This document shows, one piece after another, positions 52,061 to 64,000 of a stretch of DNA of 64,000 nucleotides (its first letter is position 1; every line of letters begins with the position of its first letter). The stretch comes from Tubulanus polymorphus (Eukaryota; Animalia; Nemertea), in the NCBI RefSeq assembly GCF_964204645.1, contig NC_134027.1:25816560-25880559 (forward strand). Reading direction: 5' to 3'. Position numbers and translations under genes: made by a program. Below the pieces are notes generated by a model, which saw only the letters and a program-made list of their open reading frames with translations, did no database searches and was not told the DNA's origin.

Positions 52061-53221
52061 ACATACACCACATAATCTCAGTTTCAAGAAGTCTTCCATT
52101 TCTCTGTTTGGTTGAGTTTGCAGTTAACACGACTTTTTATCAATGTATTTGTTTTTGGAAATATGAAATTCTACAATAAGAATGAAATATAGATTCCTAA
52201 ATATTTCCATGAAGTAGCTTTTTACGTTTAGACTCCTAATTAGATAGTTTTCTTCACGAGTACTGATTTTTGGACTCTATCTTATTGGTTTATTTGGGTT
52301 AGTATCATTTCTGACGTGTATTAATTATCTACACAGGTTTCATCATGACTTTTAAGGATAAGATGTCGCAGCTCGCGCAATATATATATATATATATATA
52401 CATATATTGACAAATTCATTGAACCGAAAAGAAACGAATGTAAGAAATCTAGGAACACGTGCACCTTTGTACGTTGGCTCGTGTGGTCCACTTATTGAAT
52501 CCTAAAAAAAACTGACGTGCCGTTACGATTAGCAAATATTCCTTGTCTTTATTAGTACGAGGCTTTCGATCTATTGTGCACCGATGTAGTGAAAAACCGT
52601 AACCGATAAAACACGATTCCTGTGAAACATCAGCTAATTTCATATTGTTTTTTTTTTCGTTTTTACTCTTTGATTTATCGATGCTAAGAAGGTTTTTCAG
52701 TCTGCCGTTTATATAACGAACAATTTTTTGAAAAAAAATGGTTACTAGTAGCGGTGACTTCGTACCTTCGTACTTTGGACTGAAAGCGTCATTTTCCCAA
52801 GTAACTAAGTCCGACTAACACGGTTCCAGAAATTCCCAACAGATGCTACAGGAACACCTAATGACGTCATCGGGTTTCCATTGGTATAGATTAGACCTAG
52901 AGACCTAATATCATTTGTTTCTAAAGTCTAGTAATGTCGATCGCCTCGTGAGTCTGATTGAAATCACCACTAGTTCTGATAAAGCAGAATTACAGAATTC
53001 TAGAGAATTCTACTTTTTTCATATACGAATCTATTCTGATGGAGACAGTGAATAGAAACTATTTCTTTGATGACAATTTCCTGCACAGTGAAGATGGGTG
53101 TTACTATTTAGATATATATATGATTACAGACTGTGCCCCATGCGTTATTGCACCATTGAAGAGAGTTGTTGAACGCGGTCTGCAGTATCTCTTGTTATTC
53201 CAATATAGGAGCTAGCTCTGA

Positions 53222-54331
53222 ATGCTGCCATACATGAATTTCACATCCGAACTCACATCCACCACGAAGACGAAGTCTCTTCGATGTGTTTTGCCACCAG
53301 AACGATGGGATTTCGTGTTTAGTGTCAACATCTACCAATTCGGATATTCAACAGCTTCACTTCTAGGAATGATTCTAAACTCTATCTCTATTGTGATATT
53401 CAGAAGGATCGGTCGCTCCACTTATCAAACTATTATAATTCTTGCCTGGTTTGATTTACTGTTTCTTGTTTCAGTGTTTCTACTTTATCCGTTTCGTATT
53501 ATTGTTATCGAGATCGCCAGACCCCCAGGTATTAAACTGCTCACGCGTTACGATGATTGGTATTTTGGACACGAAATTATAATATGGGCAATGCCATTAT
53601 TTTATACATTTCAAACTGCAAGAAATTGGGCCGTTGTGATTGTGAATTTTGAAAGACTTCTGGTCGTCGCGAGTCCGCTCTACTTTAGGCGATTCTGGAA
53701 TAAAAAACAAATAATTTTTCTCTCGGTTTTCAACGCATTTCTTTCTGCAGTTTATTTCTGGCCGCATTATTTTCCACATAATTTACCTGGAAGGGCCACA
53801 CATCCTTGTGCTAGGGGATTATTTACACTGGGAGCGTTTGGAGCCAAAACAACCAGAACTTCGTTTAAATATTTCAGCGGCATCGGACATAGCTTCACTT
53901 TCATGACCTACATTCTCATGACTATACTTGTACCTTTTAACATTTTGATGGCGATAAATTTCACTTTGTTCGGAGTATTGATATTTAGAAAACGGCTTCA
54001 AAAGAAACAACTTCTTCACGCGGACACAGCGGCGCCCAGTAAGAATAATACCGAACTCAAAATATTAAAAATGGTTCTCTTGATTGTATTGATGTATTTT
54101 ATATTTGAAATCCCGGCATGTTTGGAACGTGTTTTAGCTTTCATCAAAGCTAATTTTGGATTACGTCACGGTCTGTCCGGAGCTGAACTAATGGTTTTGC
54201 GTAAAGTAGGAATTTTGCTCAGTGTTTTTGACTCATCGGTAAACTTCTTTGTTTATTGCGCGACAAATAAAACATTTAGAAAAAAGGCTAAGCATGTCTT
54301 ACTTATCGATTATCTGTGTGATTCCAAATAA
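53222..54331 (+). CDS. Intronless class A GPCR, FMRFamide-receptor-like/putative chemoreceptor (copy 1)
   Basis: 369-aa ORF, 7 hydrophobic segments, LAWFD (TM2), ERL at the DRY position, FEIP (TM6), DSSVNFFVY (TM7), N-terminal NFT sequon. Confidence 0.9.
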   Translation: MLPYMNFTSELTSTTKTKSLRCVLPPERWDFVFSVNIYQFGYSTASLLGMILNSISIVIFRRIGRSTYQTIIILAWFDLLFLVSVFLLYPFRIIVIEIARPPGIKLLTRYDDWYFGHEIIIWAMPLFYTFQTARNWAVVIVNFERLLVVASPLYFRRFWNKKQIIFLSVFNAFLSAVYFWPHYFPHNLPGRATHPCARGLFTLGAFGAKTTRTSFKYFSGIGHSFTFMTYILMTILVPFNILMAINFTLFGVLIFRKRLQKKQLLHADTAAPSKNNTELKILKMVLLIVLMYFIFEIPACLERVLAFIKANFGLRHGLSGAELMVLRKVGILLSVFDSSVNFFVYCATNKTFRKKAKHVLLIDYLCDSK

Positions 54332-55095
54332 AACAATTATCCAGATTAGACAAAATCAAACAATTATTTGCCGAGACAATAGAAATAAATGCCATAGTTT
54401 ATCTATATTCACTGTTGCAGATAATAGATGAGCTGAACTTGCGAATAAAATCCCGCATCCAAATTCTTCTCATTTTCGATGAAATTTCATCCGAAACAAC
54501 GACTGAAATTACGACCTTATTTTTGAATCCTATTCAATATTCTAATCGGTCGATACATTATATTCATCTTTGTGAACTGGGTGAAGTTTTGGCTTCGATC
54601 TTCTTGAGCCAACATCCGATGAAGATCCACATTCTTCATGTAAAAACCCTTTTTCGAGCGGGGTATCACGGGTATTATGACGTCACAAGTTTTCCACAAT
54701 GGAAGTTGTCACGAAAAAAATTCGTTTCCTCACAGGCACTCGCCGATGGGCTTGGGATACAGTTCCCAGGGTTTTTGATAGTGTATTTGTGTTTTGAGTG
54801 GTTATTCTGCTATAAATCCCAGAAAAACGTCTTGGTACTGGTATGTTTAAAAGATAATGGCCGCTGGCTCCACACACGGCGACCTCAATACACTAACAAA
54901 CTTCGTTTTTCAATTTAAAATAAAAACTTTTATTTTATATGACACTTTCTAGTGATATGACAGTTATATATCCTATCATTCCATCCGACTGTGAAACACT
55001 GCCAATTTGTGAAACGCCTTTAGTAATATAAAAGAACTACAGACGTTTCACAATTTTTTTACTTCAAAATGACACCATCGACAACAATTTTTCTT

Positions 55096-55355
55096 GTGGC
55101 AGAATTAAGCTTTCGGCTCAGGGATGCCAGGTCGTCGAAGGTTCGAACCCCGTACATTGCCGTAGTGTCCTCGGGCAAGACACTTATCCTCATTGCCTCT
55201 CTTCACCCATGAGTTAATGGGTACCTGGCCACGGGGAGAGATGGCTGATACACGTTAGAGTATAAAATTGGGCGGGGTAATAATACCGAAAAAATGTAAA
55301 ACGCTCTGAGCAGCCTGGCTGGATTTAGCGCTAGATAAGACATATGCTATATTAA
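55096..55355 (+). mobile_element. 5'-truncated SINE copy at the duplication junction
   Basis: Begins abruptly at gtggc, directly after the end of unit 1. Confidence 0.8.
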
Positions 55356-56067
55356 TCATACACCACATAATCTCAGTTCTAAGAAGTCTTCCATTTCTCT
55401 GTTTGGTTGGGTTTGCGGTTAACACTAATTTTTATCAATGTATTTGTTTCTAGAAATATGAAATTCTACAATAAGAATGACATATATCAGCATATAAGTG
55501 AGTGACCGCTCTGCGATCTTGCACTGGTAATATAGATTCCTAAATATTTCCATGAAGTAGCTTTTTACGTTTAGACTCCTCCTAATTAGATAGTTTTCTT
55601 CACGAGTACTGATTTTTGGACTCTATCTTATTGGTTTATAATAATATATACCATATGTTACCATTGGTATAGATTCAAACTTAACGTTTTCTTTTAAAGC
55701 AAATTTCCTGATTACAATTGAGAGAATCAATATCATTTGTTTCTAAAGTCTAGAAATGATGATCGCCTCATGAGTCAGAGTGAAATCACAACTAGTTCTC
55801 ATAAAGCTTGACTCAAATATACAGAATTCTACTTTTTTCATATACAAATCTATTATTCTGTTGGAGACGGTGAATAAAAATTATTTCAGCAGGTTTCTTG
55901 CATGACGTTTTCCTACTCAGTGGAGATGGGTGTTACCCCTGTAGATATACAGATGATTACAGACTGTATCCCATGCGTAATTGCACCATTGAAGATAGTT
56001 GTTGAACGCGGTCTGCAGTATCTCTTGTTATTCCACTGAAGCTAGCTCTGAATGCTGCCATTGAAAT

Positions 56068-57165
56068 ATGAATTTCACATCAGAACTCACATCCACGACG
56101 ACGACCGAGTCTCCTCGATGTGTTTTGCCACCAGAACGATGGGATTTCATATTTAGTGTCAACATCTACCAATTCGGATATTCAACAGCTTCACTTCTAG
56201 GAATGATTCTAAACTCTATCTCTATTGTGATATTCAGAAGGATCGGTCGCTCCACTTATCAAACTATTATAATTCTTGCCTGGTTTGATTTACTGTTTCT
56301 TGTTTCAGTGTTTCTACTTTATCCGTTTCGTATTATTGTTATCGAGATCGCCAGACCCCCAGGTATTAAACTGCTCACGCGTTACGATGATTGGTATTTT
56401 GGACACGAAATTATAATATGGGCAATGCCATTATTTTATACATTTCAAACTGCCAGAAATTGGGCCGTTGTGATTGTGAATTTTGAAAGACTTCTGGTCG
56501 TCGCGAGTCCGCTGTACTTTAGGCGATTCTGGAATAAAAAACAAATAATTTCTCTATCGGTTTTCAACGCATTTCTTTCTGCAGTTTATTTCTGGCCGCA
56601 TTATTTTCCACATAATTTACCTGGAAGGGCCACACATCCTTGTGCTAGGGGATTATTTACATTGGGAGCTTTTGGAGCCAAAACAACCAGAACTTCGTTT
56701 AAATATTTCAGCGGCATCGGACATAGCTTCACTTTCATGACCTACATTCTCATGACTATACTTGTACCTTTTAACATTTTGATAGCGATAAATTTCACTT
56801 TGTTCGGAGTATTGATATTTAGAAAACGGCTTCAAAAGAAACAACTTCTTCACGCGGACACAGCGGCGCCCAGTGAGAATAATACCGAACTCAAAATATT
56901 AAAAATGGTTCTCTTGATTGTATTGATGTATTTTATATTTGAAATCCCGGCATGTTTGGAACGTGTTTTAGCTTTCATCAAAGCTAATTTTGGATTACGT
57001 CACGGTCTGTCCGGAGCTGAACTAATGGTTATGCGTAAAGTAGGAATTTTGCTCAGTGTTTTTGACTCATCGGTAAACTTCTTTGTTTATTGCGCGACAA
57101 ATAAAACATTTAGAAAAAAGGCTAAGCATGTCTTACTTATCGATTATCTGTGTGATTCCAAATAA
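56068..57165 (+). CDS. Intronless class A GPCR (copy 2, near-identical paralogue)
   Basis: 365-aa ORF differing from copy 1 at about 8 residues. Confidence 0.9.
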   Translation: MNFTSELTSTTTTESPRCVLPPERWDFIFSVNIYQFGYSTASLLGMILNSISIVIFRRIGRSTYQTIIILAWFDLLFLVSVFLLYPFRIIVIEIARPPGIKLLTRYDDWYFGHEIIIWAMPLFYTFQTARNWAVVIVNFERLLVVASPLYFRRFWNKKQIISLSVFNAFLSAVYFWPHYFPHNLPGRATHPCARGLFTLGAFGAKTTRTSFKYFSGIGHSFTFMTYILMTILVPFNILIAINFTLFGVLIFRKRLQKKQLLHADTAAPSENNTELKILKMVLLIVLMYFIFEIPACLERVLAFIKANFGLRHGLSGAELMVMRKVGILLSVFDSSVNFFVYCATNKTFRKKAKHVLLIDYLCDSK

Positions 57166-58206
57166 AACAATTATCCAGATTAGACAAAATCAAACAATTA
57201 TTTGCCGAGACAATAGAAATAAATGCCATAGTTTATCTATATTCACTGTTGCAGATAATAGATGAGCTGAACTTGCGAATAAAATCCCGCATCCAAATTC
57301 TTCTCATTTTCAATTAAATTTCATCCGAAACAACGACTGAAATTACGACCTTATTTTTGAATCCTATTCAATATTCTAATCGGTCGATACATTATATTCA
57401 TCTTTGTGAACTGGGTGAAGTTTTGGCTTCGATCTTCTTGAGCCAACATCCGATGAAGATCCACATTCTTCATGTAAAAACCCTTGTTCGAGCGGGGTAT
57501 TTCACGGGTATTATGACGTCACAAGTTTTCCACAATGGAAGTTGTCACGAAAAGAATTCGTTTCCTCACAGGCACTCGCCGATGGGCTTGGGATACAGTT
57601 CCCGGGGTTTTTGATGGTGTATTTGTGTTTTAAGTGGTTATTCTGCAATATCCGAGAAACAGTGTCTTGGTACTGATACGTTGAAAAGATAATGGCCGCT
57701 GGCTCCACACATGGCGACCTCCAAACACTAACAAACTTCGTTTTTTCAATCTAAAATTAAAACTTGTATTTTATATGGCACTTACAAGTGATATGACAGT
57801 TATATATCCTATCATTCCATCCGACTGTGAGACACTGCCAATTTGTGAAACGCCTTTAGTAATATAAAAGAACTAAAGACGTTTCACAATTTTTTTACTT
57901 CAAAATGACACCATCGACAACAATTTTTCTTAAAACGGTACCGTAGAACTATAATAAGTATATTCACCCTGGATCGAGCCCCAAACTATAGCGGATACAA
58001 CACGGAGGAATTTTCATCGTTCATGACAATTTTAAAATCAAGGCAAAACGTTAAAAAACAAACAATGAAATATTCTTAAAACTACTTGTGCCATTTAAAC
58101 ATTGAATATGCCACTCGTGTCGATATTAGTTCAAATTATAATCCAAAGATTCTTTCACTAATTTAGTTATAAAAGGCATAGGTTATCGAATTTAACAATC
58201 ATTTCA

Positions 58207-58309
58207 TCATCCTCGCTTGCCAGGGGTCCGGTATCACTCCCGAACTCGCTTCCACCAGCGGGGAACAGCTTTAGCGTAGTGGGTTCGAATCCCTTGACGG
58301 GTGAAGATG
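58207..58309 (+). mobile_element. B-box TIR repeat, short form
   Basis: catcctcgcttgccagggg...gggttcgaatcccttgacgggtgaagatg. Confidence 0.7.
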
Positions 58310-58403
58310 TCATTTCATCGATTCAGTTACTTTAGGTGAAATTATGGGATTCGACCATAGCATTCTCAATTTGCTGCTTCGCTACAAATCGGCACAGGCA
58401 GAA

Positions 58404-58745
58404 ACCAATGCGCATGCGTTGCATTAGGTTACGCAGTGACTTTTCTCCGAGATTAGTGAAGGTTAAGTAGACCTGATAATAAAAATAGTTTCCGCATAGT
58501 TTTCTGCATTTTTCGGTGGGTTGGCTACAAATATGCCGCTAAACTCTACCAAATCCACTTCAGTACGACATGAATTTTCGGGGGGAATTTGTAGCCTGCA
58601 TGTGAGTTACTTTTATTTATGACTTGAACAAAAATTATCAACCTTTAAGCGGGCTAAACGTAGTCAAGACTTCGTGAACGTGAAGAGAAGGCGTTGTTCG
58701 TTGACGTTGTTGTTGCCGTTGGGGCGCCCTTGTTACCGAGACGAC
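58404..58745 (+). promoter_or_regulatory. Putative promoter of the coiled-coil gene (CCAAT, NRF1-like TGCGCATGCG, RFX X-box-like GTTACCGAGACGAC)
   Basis: Motifs at ~58405, 58409-58418 and 58732-58745, about 1 kb upstream of the first coding exon. Confidence 0.35.
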
Positions 58746-59718
58746 ACAATAATCTACACCGAAAAATGAAATCTAGCATTTCTATTGATTTGTTATCCGT
58801 TTTAACGCTGAAATAGTCAATAATTAATACCTTTACATATTGTTGATTATTTTTAAGGAAGTGAATATTTTGCCATAATTATATTAATATGTGAATATTT
58901 ATATGTGGCTTTATTGTTGTAAATGCCATTTGGCTATTTGTAATAACATGAACTGATAGAAATAACAATAAAATCATTTCATTAAGTTTAGGGTTAGGGT
59001 TTCCATAGGGTTACGCTCTCTAGAGGGGAGGGTTAGCTAGGTGGTCTGTTTGTTGGGGTCAGCAAATCGTCACCACAATATGTTTGATATAATTCCGTGG
59101 TTTTCTTCGAAAAAAATATTCAGTCCGGAATTTTTGAGGATGTAATTTCTTAGGGATACATTTGAGTCAATCTCTGAAGAAAGTCATAGTCAGAAAGATA
59201 GGCAGTATTTGGTGCATGAGGGCAACTGGCTGGATACAGTCAGTTGCTCGAATTTGTCGATGTGAGCTAGCTTACGACTGTTCCAGCCAGTTGTTCTACT
59301 TTTCAGCAACTAGTTGTACTCAGTTGCTGTCATATCCGTCGATGTGAGCGCTGCATAATCAACAACACATGGTTGCAACTGACTAAAACAAAGCAAAATG
59401 ACACATGATTTGTGATGCCCTCAAGAATATTTGTTAGATAACACATGTCATATGCTGTCGATGTGCGCAATATGGACCTAGAGACTGGCACGAGCTACAC
59501 AGTTTGTTGGTTTTTGCTTGATTTTCACTGTGCTCGCTCACTAGCAACTACTGGTAGATATGATCAGTTGCTAGTTCAATGTAGACTAGGCATAAGTTTT
59601 AGAGACCGAAACAGGTATTCATCTCTAGATATAAGAGTAAATGCACCTGACTATTTAAAGAGTCGTGTATTTTTTTCAGTGTTAGATCAGTTAGATAAAA
59701 CCCTACGAATTAACCACC

Positions 59719-62700
59719 ATGCAAAACTGCTATACGAAAAAAGATCGCTCCACTGGCGGAGAAATAGCTGACGAACAAAATGAACGTCTGACGACGAAAC
59801 ACATTCAGACGTTATCATTCCTTCAAGAGATCGTCAACGAAAACAAACAGCTTAAAGATCGTGTTAGCGAATTAGAGGTAAATGGAAATTCGGTATTTCT
59901 TGCCCTCGCCACTGAGTTCTTGCCTTGAAAATTTGCCTTTTCTGACTCCAATTTATGACCGGGTCATTGCATATATGTCAGACCCCTATATTTTTCCCAT
60001 GTTAACCATTTGGCACCATTGAAAACGATTGGCCTGTGCATATCTACCACGGACCAAATTTGGCCTTAGGTTAAAAACTTTTGTTTGGTCGCAACTTTGG
60101 TAAGTTAGGCCTAATTGTTGACATTTCTATTGTAATTTAGGCGCAGATTGCTGAGTGCGCTCATATACACGACCTCGCTGAAAACAGCCAAGACCGAATC
60201 AAAGAAATACAAGATCAGTATTTGAAAAGAGCCGATGAAATAAATGAAATGCTCGTTGAGAAACATAAAGTTGAGGTAGAAAATGAAAATTATTCAAACA
60301 ACGAATAGAGACAAATAGCGTGATTTTACGCTTGTGAATTAAATAGAAATAATTTTTCAGTTGAACAAGATAAATCAAGATAAACTGCAAGACGAACAAA
60401 CGTGGTTTCAGGAGAAACGTCAGGTATATATCTGAAGTTAAGAACTTCTTTCTATCATTTTGCTCTAATAATTCTCGTCATTGATTTAATTTATTCCAAC
60501 GGAGGATATCCAAGGGGAAGAACAGGGGATCTAAAAATCCCCCTGCTAAAAATGTCACTAGTTTCCCTGAAATTTTACTGGAAAATGAAAATTGTTGAAC
60601 TGATACTTAAACAGTTTGAGAAGTTTGTTCTCTGTATTTCTAGAAATGAGTTAATAATGTTTTCCGATGAGTTTTCTTCCAGGGTGCCCTTTTAATTAAA
60701 CGATAAGCCCTATTTTTGGGGGTGCACCCGTGCCTGAATCAGACCTGAGATCCGCATCTGATCCAGAGACTTCAATATTCTTATTAATGATTGATTGATA
60801 AGATTTATGAAATGGTTTCCACGGCTGGTGCTGCAATCTGGGAGCAGAGAATAGCACTGCAGTAACCGTTACAATATCTCTGGAATGTGCTGCCGTCTTG
60901 TTTAGAATAGAAAACTAGATGTCATTTAACTGCTAGAAGTAACTTCGAATAAAAAGGTCAATTCCTAATCGCTGATATGTATATCATGCAAAACGTCATG
61001 GATTATGAATCTATGTTTATGTAGAACCAAGTAGTAAGATGTAGAGACAATGTAGTAATTTAAAGGTAGACTACATGTAGTTTCATTCAAGACATGAGTT
61101 TAAGCTCGTTTACCCGATGAAGCGCTGTAGATAAGTAGCGAAAGCTCGTTTATTCGAAATAAAACTAGTTAACCTGTAAAGTATAATGTGTCTCAGTGTT
61201 TTACTGATTCGACATAAGTTAGCACCAGGCGCCTCAACTTAGCGTCTCTTGCATTATTATCCAAATATTCCCTACACAAATCTACTTTCTCTAAAGTTAA
61301 TCTCAAAAACTCTTATCATCTCTTATCTGTTGCTCATATCTTTCCTTATTCTCTCTCTTGCATTGAGTGCCTGCTGCATTTAAAGGCCCACTCGGAAAAG
61401 CGCGCTTCAATATTTATTTGTATTTTTTTTCTCTGGTTTAAAAAGAATTTTCTCCCCGATTTTGTCGTTCTACTTTTCGTTGACATAAACGTTGAATTGA
61501 ATTTAAAAAAGTCTCTTCATCTATATAGAACGAACTGTAATACCGTTAAACGGCTGAACATTTGAAATTTAAAATGAAACTAATTCCGTTTCTTACGATT
61601 CTTCTTATTCCTCGCCCGCTTTAATCAAGGCGGTTATCAATATTTTCGTGCGATGCGCGAAATGCGCCCGAAACTAAAATCCGCGCATTCTATCGCGTAT
61701 CTATCTATCTATATCGCGGTTGTAAGTGGCGGTGGCGCGGTGTCAATAGCCTCGATACATAAAAAAAGATCGCTTGCATATTGATTAGCCGATTAACATC
61801 CATCTTAATTACGCAGCTAGTAAACGAGCTGACCCCAGAGCAACTTAACGACAACCGAGCCGGCGAGGAATTTATCGACAACACAAGCTCTATACGCGCA
61901 TTCGTGTTCCGTATTAATTGCGACATTTATCTTAATTAGCTTCTGGGCAAAGATTCATAAGCGAGTCGCGTAGAAGAATTCGTCTGCTGATGAATCGAGT
62001 GATTGGAGCGTGGATTCCGCAATATTCTCGCTGTCGACGCGCCGTAATGATATTATGAATATATATGTCATTTTTGACCCGTGGATTAATTGAGAGAAAG
62101 ATGGATGAATGTTTAGATTCGGCGACGGTAATCGGGTAATTTTAAGCTTGATTGTCTATGGAAATGAACGTATGATCGGTGTGGAGACTGTCGTCTGCTA
62201 ACCGCTCGCTCGCTCGCTCGCAGTTCGTTAACATTCGACGAAAAACAAGCTTCCTATGAAACGCGAATAAAAGAAGAGGGAAAATAATGGAATGATTGAG
62301 AACGCGCTTCTCGTCAAGTCATGACTATTATTTCCTATGGGTTCCAAGAACTCATCGATTCTTTAAAAACTGGAAAATGTTTTTGAAGGTGCTTGAAACT
62401 CCTTTAATTTGAGCAAAATATCAAAAACTCATTTGCTTGAAACTTTTTCAATTTTGAGAAATAGATTATTAGACACTTTAGAACTTGTACATTAGACTAC
62501 GCCTAAATCAGTACAGTTGGAACCGGGATCTTTTTGTTTCCCTATTTACCGAATTAGAAACTGAGTTTAGTAGTGGTGTCGATAATAAAACCGTGCTTTA
62601 ACAACCACTAAATTACTCAGATAAACAGTACTATTCTACCATTGAGATATGAACGTTAAGGCGCTTCCTTGAAATATGAAATGTTCTCCTTTAAAACTCT

Positions 62701-63640
62701 TTGACAACTTATAATATATCCAAGAATGACCGATCTGTATGGACCCTGATATTATATATAAGAATTGTGGCTGTTAGTACGTGTAGGCTGTCGTGAAATT
62801 TACTCACACTTCATTGAAATCGTATTTTGTCGCAGTAAAGTATATTTAGCGTGTGACACATGCAAAATGGTTACGTGTTTGATTAGATAATGAATATTAG
62901 ACCTTGAGTCGGTCCGGTAGTTCTATCGTAAGCATTAGCGGGCAGTTCGATTTACGACTTAGATTGTGTCGTCAAGGCATCGCGATAAAATACTTCTTCA
63001 TATTCATATATCATTCTATATAAAACTCTCGAGACATCGACCGCGAGTCTATAAACAACAAACCGCTCCGAATAGTATAGACTTCATTTAAACAATCTTC
63101 CGATAAAAGAAACAGTATTTCTGTTTCTATTTCTGAACTTTTATTGTGATCTTCTTTTTCTGCCATCATTAAAAATTCGCAGATACCACACAATCACGTA
63201 GTCCTTACGGGTTTTAGAAATTTGTTCCTATTCCCTGAAAACGCTATGGAAATGTTGTTTTTTCCACTCTAATTATTTGTCCAAATGATTACTCCAAGGT
63301 CGACGGTATTGATAATTGGCATTTATTTACACCGAATGCGTTGCCAGTTCTATGTTGGCGATGTGTAACTCAGGGGGTATGAAAATTTTATAATCTGGAT
63401 ATGGAAAATGAAATTGGAAGACCCCGCAATCAGTTTATTCCAGTCGACCCGTGATATGCCGTTCAGATCGGGGATTCGTCACTCCGCTTCAAACGTTTTC
63501 CGTATATTTATAGATATAACTGTTTATTTTTGGGCATTTCTGCGTTGAATGTTTTTCAGTTGATGTCCGAAATCGAGAGGCTGGAAAAAGAACTGAAAGC
63601 TGGAAGCGAAGGAAACAAGGATTTCGTCAGCCAACTACAA
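59719..63640 (+). CDS. Coiled-coil protein, 5' exons (continues beyond the window)
   Basis: Exons 59719-59877, 60141-60275, 60361-60423, 63560-63640 joined by phase-0 GT-AG introns give an E/K/Q/L-rich heptad protein (MQNCYTKK...LQEIVNENKQLKDRVSELEAQI...LMSEIERLEKELK). Confidence 0.75.
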
Positions 63641-63711
63641 GTGCGTATAACACAAACGAGTGCATGCTTCGTGTGCCGTCATCACGCCTTCGTTAACGAA
63701 CTGAACCAACT

Positions 63712-63751
63712 ATATGATATGATATATGATATGATATGATATGATATGATA
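63712..63751. repeat. (GATAT)n microsatellite
   Basis: Direct inspection. Confidence 0.9.
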
Positions 63752-64000
63752 CATGTATGATTTATTTCCAAGTAAAATTCTTACAAAATTAATGAATAAG
63801 AAAATTCGTTGAAAATGTAATAATATTAAATGAAGGCCTGCTTTGAAGCAACAGATAGCTTATACAAGAAAGCAGCCTTAGAAAAGAGAGCCATATACTT
63901 TTCGATATCAAAATTTTTGAACAAGGTCGAATTTTAACACACTCGATGTCAATATATTTAATCCTGTTGGGGCTTGATAAAAGTGCTCTTGCTATTTGTG

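Larger units (their letters stand above)
51804..57931 (+). repeat. Tandem segmental duplication (51804-55095 and 55096-57931)
   Basis: Both units run SINE, upstream region, GPCR, 3' region, and both end in caacaatttttctt. Confidence 0.9.

Noticed and set aside
54415-54918. 167-aa ORF downstream of GPCR copy 1
   Set aside because: Non-ATG start, no domain, frame broken in the duplicate copy

Overview
AT-rich, intron-containing animal DNA. Wnt16, intronless FMRFamide-receptor-like GPCRs and mosaic lectin genes suggest a marine invertebrate, probably spiralian (inference). Genes, left to right: (1) a large secreted or membrane mosaic gene on the minus strand (ATG ~21389, runs off the left edge) with MAM, F-type lectin, F5/8C, C-type lectin, PAN, kringle and CUB exons, two of whose domains are split by other domains nested inside them; (2) a minus-strand gene with a TB/TSR0-like N-terminus plus six TSP1 repeats, i.e. 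properdin architecture, with an antisense tRNA-Pro(AGG) in an intron; (3) a 4-exon Wnt16; (4) a tandem duplication carrying two near-identical intronless class A GPCRs, with one breakpoint in a tRNA-derived SINE; (5) the 5' part of a coiled-coil gene. The non-coding DNA holds MITEs, LINE 3' tails and satellites. Most notably, it holds over a dozen copies of small repeats built around minimal type-I hammerhead ribozyme motifs (Penelope/retrozyme-like), arranged as tandem dimers and head-to-head fold-backs. Exon boundaries were read by eye and may be off by a few bases.
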